This document shows, in pieces, positions 10,444-22,134 of a stretch of DNA of 64,000 bases. The notes under the pieces are model-generated. The model did no database searches. It was not told the origin of the DNA and worked only from the letters and a program-made list of their open reading frames with translations. Each line of letters begins with the position of its first letter. The stretch's first letter is position 1. Origin of the DNA: Felis catus (taxonomy: Eukaryota); the NCBI RefSeq assembly GCF_018350175.1, contig NC_058368.1, forward strand, positions 52,143,815 to 52,207,814, in the 5' to 3' direction. The position numbers and the translations under genes are program-made.

Positions 10444-11986
10444 AATCAGTTCTTTATATATTTTAGATACTAACCCTTTATTGGATATGTAATTGGCAAA
10501 TATCCTCTCCCATCCAGAAGGTTGTCTTTTAGTTGTATTGATTGTTTTCCTTTGCTGGAAAGAAGCTTTTCATTTTGGTGTATCCCAATAGCTTAGTTTT
10601 GGTTTTGTTTCTTTTGCCACAGGAGACATATTTAGAAACATGTCACTACAGCCACTGTCAGAGAAATTATTGCCTGTTCTCTCTTCTAGGTTTTTATGGT
10701 TTCAGGTCTCACATTTAGGTCATTAATCCATTGTGAGTTTATTTTTGTGCATGGTATTGGAAAGTGGTCCAGTTTTATTCTTTTGCATGTAGTTGTCCAG
10801 TTTTCCCAATACCATGTATTGAAGAGACTACCCTTTTCCCACTGCAACAACCTTTAATGCTTAAGAAAATCTGGTTATTAATTGTTGTTTCTGCGTTTCA
10901 TTCTTGCTTTTTATTTCTGCATTTTCATAGGTGATTGAATTCTAGGAACTTCCAGAATGACTGTACAGCTCTAGAGTGTTGATGCCATTAAATTACACAT
11001 GAGGGAGAGTTTGTGTTCTCGCATAAAATCTAACCCAAAGGCATTTATAAGGGTTCTGAAAAACAAAGAGCCCCATAGGCTATTGTAGTGTGCATGGCCT
11101 TTCCTCCCCTTGCAGATTTTCAAAGATACCTCAATTGAAGTTTGTTGTAGATCAAATGAACTGGGTAGATAAGATTCTCTTTCTCCCAGAGTGAGAGGTC
11201 ATTGTCTTCTGTAGAGAATTCAGTCAGTGACAACCAGAATTGAAGGTTCCGCAAAACGACTCCCCTTTTTTTTTTTTTGGTTGAATAAATTGTGGTCTTT
11301 ATAATTCATCCATTTTTACATTGATTCACATCTTCATTGAATCATGCTATACTGTTTTCTGCAACTAGAGGTGGAAATACCGGCCCTTGGGAAGAGAAGG
11401 TCGGTGGGGAGGGAAGAGTGTTGAATTTTACCTCCTAAAAATGTAGACTTGCTAGAGAAAAGTAATGGAGAATAATGTAGAGATGTTTTGCAACTAAGAA
11501 ATCAATATTTCTCACTTTTTTCTCTGCTTTCAAACAGTTATTGTCATCATCTATCTTACATATTCATCTGTTTTGCTAAGTAGTCAGGAAGGGATGCATT
11601 AACACTGGTATATCAATGTTGTATAAGACAAAAGATGTGTGTTAACTTGTCCTTAATGAGTTCTGAGTCATCTTTCCATGAAAGTTACAAAATCAAACCA
11701 AAAAAAATTTGTTGTTTGAAGAGACTTTAGTAATTTCATAATAATTAATAATTTTGTCATTAATATTAATATTTGTTTCAATTCGATCTTATCCAAACAT
11801 TTCACTTTATTTCATATATGAGCCATACAAGGCTAGTGAAATAGCACTAAAGTCAATTGAAAGTTAGTGGCTAAGTTCAGATCTTCTGAGTCAGTGTCTT
11901 CCCCAGTATATGGCAATAATATTTCCTCAGATTTTTTTGAGGCTTATTGGAGATAACTTATTGGAGATGACTAGATACTAGTCATC

Positions 11987-12225
11987 TAAATATATATATA
12001 TATAAGTATATATATATTTATCTAATCTAAATATATATATCTATATAATCTAGATAATCTACATATATCTATATATATCTATATAATCTATATAATCTAT
12101 AAAATCTATATAATCTATAATCTAAATATATATATAAACATATATAATATATACAAATATATATATATTTAATATATTTATATATATATTTCTAAATATA
12201 TTTATTTAGAAATAAACATATTTCT
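11987..12225. repeat. (TA)n-rich low-complexity tract with TATAATC(TA) units
   Basis: Directly visible, e.g. atataatctatataatctataaaatctatataatctataatcta. Confidence 0.9.
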
Positions 12226-12944
12226 ATGTTTACCTTGATGTATAACAATAAATATCCTTGAGTTTTAGAATTTGCTCCATTAGGGCTGAATTCATTGTCC
12301 TGAAATCCATCTGTGAATTAATTTTGCAAGTTGCCATGTTTGTCCAAGTTGGACACTTACTCTGGTTTCTAGAAGAAAAAATCAGGTTGAAAAAGAATTT
12401 TGTGAGAGGAAGCTGAAAAATAGGTGATTAGAAAATTCTACATGTACTCTTTCTGTACTGCTTCCTGTCATTAAAAATAAGATTCAAGAATTTTTGTTGA
12501 AGAACTGAAGTGAAAATAAATATTTAGAAAAAAAGATTGACCCAATTTTAACCTCTTGTAAGGATACTTATTACAAAGATATAAATTTGGCATTCATCCC
12601 AGGCAAAATCTGGAACGGATAGTTAAAGTACTATGAATATTTAAGGAATAATTACTGGGATATCATATGGATTCCCTAAGACATTAGGAAGAAGTCATAA
12701 CAAACTAAACTTATGTCCCTCTTTCATGGGATTACCCAATTGAATAATCAGGAATATATAGCAATATATATATGACAAGTGCGTAGAGGCATTAGCAAAC
12801 CAGTTGATACGTTTTCTTGTAAAATTTTAGCGAAAGAGATTGAAAAACGTGGACTAGATTTAAAACAAATAAATTTGAAAAGAGTTGAATGATTTTGTTT
12901 AAAAGCTGTTCAACTAAAAAAAATGTTGTTCAACTCATAATGAG

Positions 12945-13180
12945 CTAGTAGCTATCATTTATTGAGCACTTACTATGCATGAGTTCTTATACTCAACATA
13001 TGTGTTATCTCACTTAATATTTAATGTAATATTTAATGTAACCTATGACAGAGATACTCAAATATATAGATGAGAAAACTGCAGGTTAGAAAGTAAATTA
13101 ACTTTCCCCAAATCACTCAACAAAAGGAGATACCAATATATATACACAAGTTGTTTGACTCCTAGACCATACTCCATACC
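12945..13180 (-). mobile_element. MIR (MIRb-like)
   Basis: AGCTATCATTTATTGAGCACTTACTATG...TAGATGAGAAAACTGCAGGTTAGA. Confidence 0.85.
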
Positions 13181-14305
13181 ACTAGATTAATATAATCTTA
13201 GTGGAAGAGTCTAGTGTTGACCTTGGCTCTATTTAGTTCAGATGAATTATCCTCCTTGAATGAAATATGAAGGGCATGCCCAAATGATGGAACTGTAATG
13301 TCATATAATTTTTAACCTATTGACATGAAATAATGAATCATTTATTTGTATTGCTGGTAGTTTTGCTTAATTTATTCTATTCATAATATCTTACTGGGCA
13401 TTTATAATTTGAATGACAGAATCAGAATCTGGAATGATATTGAAAATTGGTATTATTAGGTTGAAGTGAACATGATGAAATTTAATGAAGATAAATGTAA
13501 GAACTGGCCCTTGGATCCAAGAAAGCAAGGCAAGAACATCTGAGTGAAGCAGTGTTGAGTGAACAATGTGTGTGGCTTAGCATGGGAGATACTGTGGTTT
13601 AAAATGAAAATATATATTTGGTTTTTGTCCCTGGTACAGGGCTCCTAAAACCCTTCTAAAACTTTTGGAATTTCTAAAGTGGTAAGAGCCATCAAGGTAC
13701 CTTTTATTATGTTAATGAAGGCTTTTTTTTTTTTTTTTTTTTTTTAAAGCTCCTAGGTTACCTAAAGACACTGGCTGTTGCCTGGAGAACCAGCCAAATG
13801 ATTAGAAGGTCACAATTTTCAATCCTGTCCCCCTGACCTCCAGGGAGGAGAAAGGGGTTGGAGGTTGAATCAATTGACAATGGCCAATGATTGAATCAAT
13901 TATTTCTACGAAATGAAACCTTCCTAAAAAGGACAGGATTTGGAGAGCTTCCAGATTGGTGGACATGTGGAGATTTGGGGAGAGTGGCATGCTGAGAGGG
14001 CATGAAGCTCAGGTTATACCCACGTACCTTGCCCGATACATCTCTTCCATTTGGCTGTTCCGGAGTTCATAGTAAACTGGAAGTCTAGTAAGTAAAGTAT
14101 TTTTTTGAGTTCCATGAGTCACAATGGCAAATTAATCCAACCCAGTTAGGGGCCTGTGGGAACCTCTGATTTATAGGCAGTTAATCAGACAGGTGACATC
14201 CTGGACTTTCTATTGATGTCTAAAGTGGGGTCAGTCTTCTGGAACTGAGCCATTAATCTGTAGGATCTTATAATATCTCCAGGTAGATAGTGTCAGAATT
14301 CATTA

Positions 14306-14934
14306 CAGTTAACCCTTGAACAGCATAGGGGTTAGGGGCACTGACTCCCACCTGCACAGTTGAAAATCCATGCATAACTTTTGACTCTCTCAAAACTTAA
14401 CTACTAATAGCCTGCTGTCGACCAGAAGCCTTACCAATAACATGAACAGTCATTTAACACACATTTTGTATATTGTATGTATAATTATATACTGTATTCT
14501 TATAATAAGTAAACCAGAGAAAAGAAAATGTTCTTAAGAAAATTATAAGGATGAGAGGAGCCTGGATGGCTCAGTTGGCTAAGCTTCTGACTCTTGGTTT
14601 CAGTTCAGGTAGTGATCTCATGGTTTGTGGGTTCGAGCCCCGCGTCAGGCTCTGCACTGATGGTACGGAGCCTGCTTGGGATTCTCTCTCTCTCCCTTTC
14701 TCTCTGCCCCTCCCCTGCTTGCATGTATGTGTGCTCTCTTTCTCTGTCTCTCAAAATAAATAAACTTAAAAAAAAAAAAAGAAAATCATAAGGATGAGAA
14801 AGTACATTTACTTTCTCATAAGAAAGTTCTCATAAGGATGAGAAAGTACGTTTACTTGTATTGCATTTATTGAAAAACATCTGCGTGCAAGTGGACCCAT
14901 GCAGTTCAAACCTGTGTTGTTCAAGGGTCAACTG
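14306..14934. mobile_element. Tigger2a/MER28-like non-autonomous DNA transposon
   Basis: TIRs CAGTTAACCCTTGAACAGCATAGG and CCTGTGTTGTTCAAGGGTCAACTG; TA target on the left. Confidence 0.9.
14554..14778 (+). mobile_element. CAN-SINE nested in Tigger2
   Basis: TSD AAGAAAAT(T/C)ATAAGGATG. Confidence 0.95.
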
Positions 14935-16257
14935 TCATTGGTGAAAGTTAGTTGCTGTTGCTGTTGGTAGTATAAAAAAAACATACACTGGAACATGTGT
15001 AAAAAAGGCTTTGAGGTTTTGGTTTACAGTAAGTTCCAAGACAGGTGACACTTTGATGTGGGAGCTCAGAGAACCTCTATGATCACAAAAGTATTGACAG
15101 AGTATCAGCAGAACAATTAAGGGGGCAGTGCCAGACTATTTCCCATTGATCAGAACACCCCTGAAATTTTGTTGTATGTTCTAGGCGCCATAAAGCATAT
15201 GCATATGTGTTCATGTGAGATTGCTAAAGGGGATGAAATCATGTCATAGAGAAAATAAACAGAGAGTGTTAAGGTGGGGACAGTAGCATTATAGAATATC
15301 TTTAAATATTAAAAGATTTTCCAAGTGGAATGCGGCCAGAGAATGGTATGCAAAGTATAGAGTTTGGGCCAATATGTGATAACTAAAGCAAAGCTTTCGT
15401 TTTAACATGGGGAAGATATTAATAGTGCGTTCCACGATGACACGAACTGCCCCATGAGGAAGTGGGTGTTTACCCCTAAAGGCATTGAGACAGATGCAGT
15501 ACAAGCAAATGTCAGAAATTTGGTAAACAAATACAAATTATCTCATCACTGAGAAAACTCTAAATTATGTAGTAAATCTCTAACTTTGGATAGAGAGGGT
15601 AGGGGGTGCCAATAATGTTGCAGGCAATCTCAAAGGCAGCCAGGACAGACCCACTCTTATTGGTATTTCTGTGATGTTCAGCCTACTCAGTTTGCTGGGG
15701 GAAAATATTTTGCATACTTAAAACTAGAGCTTTAGAGATATTTGTTCAAAATAACTGTGACTTGCTCTCATGAACAGTTCCTAGACTCTATACAAACTAA
15801 GTAGCAAAAACAAAGAAGTTGATCTACTAAACCATACTGAAAATTATGACGGTCTGTCATATCTCTCCGAGTCCTAATCTCATCCCTTATTATCATCGCT
15901 TATTCATTTATTGTTGGTTTGTTAGATAGTCATATAACCTGTGTATCCACCTACTAAAGTCCACGAAAGTAATACCTTCGTGGTATTTTGAATAAGACAA
16001 CTGTCGCTCTTCAGGGTGGTTTGATTCTCTTCTTCAGGGAGCACACATTATAGCTACGCTTTCCTGGAGCAAAGTATCAAAAAGCGGTTTGTCTGGTGAC
16101 TTTTTGACTTCTCCTCATCCCCTTCCAGCCACGGTCATCTCCCTCCTTCCAGACTCTGGGGCTTGAATGTATAATTGCAGCCTGTTGTCTGCAGAGTAAT
16201 TTTAGCCTAATTTGACTTGTGGCCCAGCAGGATGACAAGAGTGCTGGCTGTCAGGCG

Positions 16258-16270
16258 GGGTCAGAGGTCA
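16258..16270 (+). promoter_or_regulatory. consensus DR1 nuclear-receptor element (GGGTCA G AGGTCA)
   Basis: Exact RGGTCA-n-AGGTCA match in apparently unique sequence; function untested. Confidence 0.35.
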
Positions 16271-17058
16271 GCCATTACCCCCTGGACTGTGGGCAGCAGC
16301 CTTATTAGGGTTCTCTGGAAGGCTCTTCTCAGCCTTGGGACGGGTCTGCAGCTGGCTGTGTGTCTCTTCAGATGACTCTGGATGAAAACACGGACTGTTT
16401 TCAAGACACAACATCCCAGCATGCAGTTTGGCTCCTTGTTTCCTTATCAAAGATAGGACGGTCTTTCTGAAGTGACGGAAGTTATCTTCTTGTCCTTGCC
16501 ATGTAAACTTCAAGTGGAAGATGTACCTAAGCCAGCATTAAAAATATACATCTATTTTCCTTTATACATTTGAGATTTTAAAATGGTATTTTAAAAGAAT
16601 GTTAAGGCAGTATGCTACATTAGGATGGAAACTGTTGGGTGTTAAATAGAATTACGTGGAGGCAAACAAATGAATTTAAATCACAGACTGAAAATCCTGC
16701 AGATCGAGGAAAGGCTCATAAAATCACAGAGTTAAAAAAAAAAGAAAAAGAAAAAAAAAACCACATCATATGTCAGTTAACCTAATCCTGCGATAGAATA
16801 ATATTGCTTATATATTATAATATTCCATATATATTCCTTAAATAACATTTCTTATATTTTGTCAAGTCTAGATTGAAATCTGATGGGATGCCAATTCAGA
16901 TATATTTCTAGAGACAGAATATTTTACTATTGTCAGACTATTCTCCAAACCTGTTTTCAAATATCTGAAATATTTAACATAATTGATCTTCTCTAAATTT
17001 TAGGTAGACATACTGATCTGATGCATGGCAATTTCAATGAATAAATCTACTAGAAAAT

Positions 17059-17210
17059 GGAATTGAGAATTTGCCCATCAAATTTGCAGATTTAATAAAC
17101 TAGTGACAATTTTAAAGTTTCAGAAACCAGGAATAAAATACAAGATGACCTTGGGAAAATTGTCCAATCTAAAAAAGATAATATTTAGTAAGAGTCAGTA
17201 TAAAGTGGAT
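17059..17210 (+). mobile_element. second CR1/L3-like fragment (RT FADD region)
   Basis: GIENLPIKFAD...RNKIQDDL...KIIFSKSQYKV resembles CR1 GIESTLIKFADD...IQxDL...MKFNxDKCKV. Confidence 0.55.
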
Positions 17211-17924
17211 GGGGAACAAAAAAGTTTAAACATAAATATAGTGTGTGTGTGCAGACGAATAATCCAAGAAATTTTTTTGTTAATGTAGAAAAAGAGAAGT
17301 ATGAATAAAGTGCTTTTATGAAATATGTCGGTGTGATATCACGAGTTCTATCAAATCTGTTAGACACCAGGCAGCATTCCTACTGCTCTGTTTTACAAAA
17401 GAAGAATATTGCGTTTCGTTGCTATTATTCCATTTCATTAGAGTATTCATGCTGGGGAGCTATAGTGCACGTCTTTAGTGAGAGTCTAGGGCAAGATTTT
17501 AAACCCTAGAAAGCCAGGATGTCATCAGAGAAAGCCATTTTAAGATTACCAGACTGAGGTGAAAACATAGAAATCAGGATGTGGTATCCTGAGAAAGCCA
17601 ACAGGAAGTGAGAGCTGTAAGAAACATAGGCAGGAGGAGGTAGACGTCCACGGCAGGGTCAGAGAGAGGAATTTTGAAAATCAGACTATTGGACTAGGAG
17701 TGTTAGTAGGAGGGCTCACAGCAGGTGTATTGGGAAGCCCCAAGTTTAGTTCTCTGCTTGCAGGAGAAGGATTTGAGACACTAGACCATTTAGAGATCTG
17801 ACTGTATGGCCTCCTTCACTTGACCCTTCTGGTCAATGTTAAAAGAACTACCACCATTTCTGTCATTATAATTAAAGTTTCCCTTATTGAGGGCTTTCTG
17901 TGTGCCAAGAGATCACTTGTTCCT

Positions 17925-18440
17925 TTATTCTATAAATATGTATTGACCTTGAATCTACCTGATATTGTGATAGTTACTAAGATATGATAGTAGGTAAAAC
18001 AATGTGGTCTTCACTCTCATAGCGAGGGTGAGACAGATATTAATCCTAAAGTGTATGTGATCTAAATATAAACATACATGTAATTGAAATGTGAGACATG
18101 CTATTAACTATAAAGAAGGACACTAGGAGACCAGGGGCTCTGATTTGATTTGAGAAAGTTCTGCAATGTAAAAGATGAGCAGGAAAGAACCGGAAGAAGA
18201 GAGAATGGGCTGGGGGCAGAGAAATTTCTTGAAGGACATGAGAACCAGTGAGGTATTGGTGAGAGTCCCACAGAAAGGGCCGGGACAGGGAAAGAAGCCA
18301 GTTCACACAGGGCCTAGCAGAATATTTTTTCTTACGATAACCCTAGCGACAGTGTGAAGTGTGGGTTGGAATGAATGTACAAACTAGTTAAGGGGCCAGT
18401 TACTTGGACCATCATAAGAAAGATAGGGAATAATAATGCT
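17925..18440 (-). mobile_element. L2 fragment
   Basis: TATAAATATGTATTGA start and GAGACAGATATTAAT motifs of reverse-oriented L2; diverged. Confidence 0.55.
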
Positions 18441-18488
18441 TTCAGTGCTCACAAGCCAGGAGGATTCTCATTTACAGAAGAATAGACA

Positions 18489-18710
18489 GGGGCGCCTGGG
18501 TGGCTCAGTTGGTTAAGCGTCCGACTTCATCTCAGGTCATGATCTCACTGTCTGTGAGTTTGAGCCCCATGTCGGGCTCTGTGTTGACAGCCCAGAGCCT
18601 GGAGCCTTCTTCAGATTCTGTGTCTCCCTCTCTCTCTGCCCCTCCCCTGCTCATGCTCTGTCTCTCTCTGTCTCAAAAATAAATAAGAACATTTGGGAAA
18701 AAAAAAAAAA
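18489..18710 (+). mobile_element. CAN-SINE
   Basis: Full length; TSD AAGAATAGACA. Confidence 0.97.
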
Positions 18711-18859
18711 AAGAATAGACAGAGGCTTGGAAAGGTAAAGTCCCAAAGTCACGTGCATACATGAGAGATTAACTCTTTTGTGTTCAGTCTTCCCAGTCAC
18801 ATACTCATTAAAGCAAGAGTCATACAAATGTAGAACTGGAATAAAAAGACCCTATGTAA

Positions 18860-19000
18860 ATTAATTCATTGGTTTATTCAAATATTTGTTGAGTTGCAGT
18901 TCCAGGCATAGGAGATACAGTATTGAAAAAAAAAAAAGTTCCTCTTCTAATAAAGCTTACATTTTAATGGGGAAAGAAAAAAAAAACATAAATAGATGAA
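18860..19000 (-). mobile_element. L2 3' end
   Basis: ATTCAAATATTTGTTGAG...CCAGGCATAGGAGATACAG...AAGCTTACATTTTAATGGG. Confidence 0.7.
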
Positions 19001-19389
19001 CAAACTAGCTACCTAAATACCAGCAATATAACGATAACAATAACAGGATCATGTGGTAAGCAGTGATAGAATGGCTTCTGTTGTTGCTGGAAACAAAAAA
19101 GTTCTCCTACAACCAAAATAACAAATGAACGGCAGGCAGTTTCCAAGAAGCCTCTTAATGTTCATTAGTGTAAGTTGGAGAGAAGTATGTTCCCTGTATA
19201 GCACAGAGAAGAAACACCCTCATTCATGCTTACTTGGGGATAAGTAGTACTAACCCACAAAGTGCAGGCCGATACTTGTGGCATGACACGTGAGACTTGG
19301 ACCTCAGGAGGAGTTTCTTGTTGGCCCATAAAGTAATAAACACTAGAAAGCATACAGTGAGAAGTGTTAGAAACTCCATCCCTACTGTG

Positions 19390-19650
19390 TGCAGTGGAAT
19401 CCTCCCATGGCCGCCATGACCTCCGCTGCTGTGTGTTACACCTGTGGTTATGTCACACGGGGAAATGCATTTCACAGTTGTCATTAAGGTTACTAAGTTG
19501 TCGACCTTACACGAGGGAGATTGCTGAGCGGTCTGAACCTAACACACAAGCTCTTCAAAACCACAGAGCTTTCTCCTGATGGCAGAAGAGGAAGTCAGAG
19601 AGATTCTAAGCGTGAGAGGGATTTGAGAAGGTGTTGCTTTCTTGAAGAAT
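19390..19650 (+). mobile_element. MLT1E-like MaLR LTR, 5' part
   Basis: ATTAAGGTTACTAAGTTGTCGACCTT and GGCAGAAGAGGAAGTCAGAGAGATTC...GTGAGAGGGATTTGA. Confidence 0.75.
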
Positions 19651-20202
19651 GTTGTCTGATGTATAATGTCTCACGTTTGTCCATAATCATTATTAAAAAA
19701 AAGTATCCAAAATCTATGGTAAGCAGAAAACAGGTACACTACCTTCCTGATACGATAGTTCAATGTTCTCTTTTTAATGTACAAACACAAATTTGAGCTG
19801 TGAAGACATACTTGTCTGGGTCTTACTTGGCAGTTATTGACTGTGAAACACCAGGGATATGGTAACATTCCCATGTACACTATCAGTGAATGGGTGGTTT
19901 TATTTGTTCTAAAAGAACCAATGCAGAGCTATGGATTGTCCAATCAATGGCAAAATTTTGATCAGAAATATATGCATTTAATATTTGGGAAAATTTTTAT
20001 CAAATCATTGTATCAAAACAAGCGAATTTGGCAATTGCATATTCACCCACTGGTTCACTCTGTGTGTTAGAATGCGGTATATAACACATTTGAGTGGGAA
20101 GTCTACATGAAGTACTTTCAAAATCCCTTCCTGTAGGAAGCAGTATCATATTATCAAGAAGTGACACAAACTTGCTACTGATAGAATAAAGTCACGTTCT
20201 TT

Positions 20203-20410
20203 TATTTTTATTATTTTTCTCTAGAGAGAAAGAGAGCACGCGGGCAGAGGGGCAGAGGGAAAGGAAGAGAGAGAATCTTAAGCAGGGTACACGCCCAGCA
20301 CAGAGTCTGGCACGGAGTCCAATGTAGAGCTTGATCTCATGACTGTGAGATCATGACTTAAGCCAAAATCAAGAGTGGGATGCTTAAATGACTGAGCCTC
20401 CCAGGCACCC
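20203..20410 (-). mobile_element. CAN-SINE (older subfamily)
   Basis: GAATCTTAAGCAGG and CCAAAATCAAGAGT variants; flanked by TAAA(G/C)TCAC(G/A)TTCTTT. Confidence 0.93.
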
Positions 20411-20426
20411 TAAACTCACATTCTTT

Positions 20427-20478
20427 TTAAAATTTTTAATGCTTATTTATATTTGAGAGAAAGAACCAGCAGGGGAGG

Positions 20479-20522
<44 letters not shown>

Positions 20523-20648
20523 CCGAAGCAGGCTCCAGGCTTTGAGCTGTCAGCACACAGCCCAGTGCGGGGCTCGAACTCACAAGCCATGAGATCATGA
20601 CCTGAGCTGAAGGTGGACGCTCAACCGACTGAGCCCCCCAGGCGCCCC
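20427..20648 (-). mobile_element. CAN-SINE (felid-type), tandem with the previous copy
   Basis: GCAGGCTCCAGGCTTTGAGCTG variant; flanked by the same 16-bp motif. Confidence 0.95.
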
Positions 20649-20724
20649 TAAAGTCACATTCTTTAACAACACATTAAATGAGCTATGTGTGTATCTAGGC
20701 TTCCCCCCACCCATTCTTTTCTTT

Positions 20725-21062
20725 TCAGCAGATATCAATTATCCACCAAATATTCATGCTTCTTCTTCCAAACTTGACATTAAGAGACAGCTACTGAGCC
20801 AAGGACTACATTTCCCAGCCTGCTCTGTACCCCGGCATGATCAACTGACTTGTTCTCACCTGTAGATAGTGTGGCTTTTCTTGTTCCTTTTCTTCATCAG
20901 CCAGCCACAGGCAGAGGATTCTTAGGTCCTAAAGTGAATGGAAGGGTCACAAAATAGAAACAACCCAAGTCCCTGAATCACCACATGGAAGATCCCATTC
21001 TGACCAGGAACATGTACAATGCACTATTAGGATGTGAAGCAAATTTCATTGTGTTATGCTAA
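20725..21062 (+). mobile_element. MLT1J-like MaLR LTR fragment
   Basis: GACTACATTTCCCAGCCT and GTCCCTGAATCACCACATGGA motifs. Confidence 0.75.
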
Positions 21063-21584
21063 GAAAAGTGCGTGTGTGGCATAAATGTTAATAATTCTGC
21101 AAAATTTGAACCCACGTTATAAAGAGAAAATGCAGTAAAAATTATATCCAGTTTGGCATTTTATTTTAAATGAAAAAAGTATCTCTTTAGTTTGTCATTT
21201 TCAAATCACTATTTGGAGTTTTTAACATCATCATTAAAAAAAGTAAGCATTAACTAGATCATTTTTTTAGCTCTAAGTAAAGAATTTCCAAATTCATTAG
21301 AAGTTTTATATCTGTTGTTGTTGTCATAACACATAGTTAACTTTCAATGTATTTTAGTAAATATTTGGTCTCCCAAACCACACATAACAAGTAATTAAAT
21401 GAAATTGGTAGTTAACAAGTAATGTTTCTCTTTACACTATTAATTTAAAATAAATCAATAAGCATGCATCACTTAAATGGAAAAAATCAGGAATTTTCTT
21501 TAATTATAATGAATATTATGGAATGTTATAAATAAGCTCAATAATAAATCTATAATAATAAACTAACTTAAAATGAAATATTTT

Positions 21585-21787
21585 GGGGGCACATGGGTGG
21601 CTTGGTCAGTTGGTCAGCAACAGAATTCAGCTCAGGTCATGATCTTGTGGCTCATGAGTTTGACCCCACGTTGGGCTCTGTGCTGGTAACTCAGAGCCTG
21701 GAGCCTGCTTCAGATTCTGTCTCCATCTCTTTCTGTCCCTTCCCTGCTCACGCTCTGTCTCTCTCTGGAAAATAAGTAAACATTATA
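21585..21787 (+). mobile_element. CAN-SINE
   Basis: TSD AAAATGAAATATTTT. Confidence 0.95.
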
Positions 21788-22134
21788 AAAATGAAATATT
21801 TTGTTTTCTTATTAAAGGCCACTTCTTTCTCCTTTACCACATGAAAATATGAAATGATTTTTTTTTAATTGGAAAAGAATTCACAAGATCATATAGAAGA
21901 TCATACTGTGAAAGAGACTTAAGAGTCAGAAAAAGTGAGATATGATAGTCTAATAAATTCAAATATATTTTATTAGCCAAGAGTGTCAGTGATAAGAATC
22001 AATACTATTATATGATTTTCCTTTGAGTTTTATTTCCTGATTCATTTGAGTCTTCCCTGATAGGATAGGTATCTCCTTAACACAATTTGACTTTGATTTC
22101 TCTAGGCTCTCTTCTTCATCTCTCCCTCACCCTT

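Larger units (their letters stand above)
8845..10845 (-). mobile_element. 5'-truncated carnivore L1 (3'UTR plus end of ORF2), interrupted by three SINEs
   Basis: ACATTAGTTTCAGGTGTACAATATAGTGATTC 3'UTR; ORF2 C-terminal region in reverse (GGTATCTCATTGTGGTTTTGATTTGCATTTC; GTTGTCCAGTTTTCCCA). Confidence 0.92.
13592..14996 (+). mobile_element. MER21B/C-like LTR, interrupted by Tigger2
   Basis: GGGCTCCTAAAACCCTT, CCTGACCTCCAGGGAGGAGAAAGGGGTTGGAG, CATCTCTTCCATTTGGCTGTTCC, CTCCAGGTAGATAGTGTCAGAATT motifs. Confidence 0.85.
12670..15500 (+). mobile_element. CR1/L3 LINE relic, split by MIR, LTR, Tigger and SINE
   Basis: Degenerate CR1 ORF2 peptides: KILAKEIEKRGLD (about 12820) and DRIRIWNDIENWYY*VEVNMMKFNEDKCK (from 13415); L3-like 3' sequence resumes at about 15000. 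Confidence 0.75.

Noticed and set aside
20187..20664. Repeat-spacer-repeat pattern resembling a CRISPR array
   Set aside because: The repeats are 16-bp TSDs and the spacers are SINEs of over 200 bp in a mammalian genome
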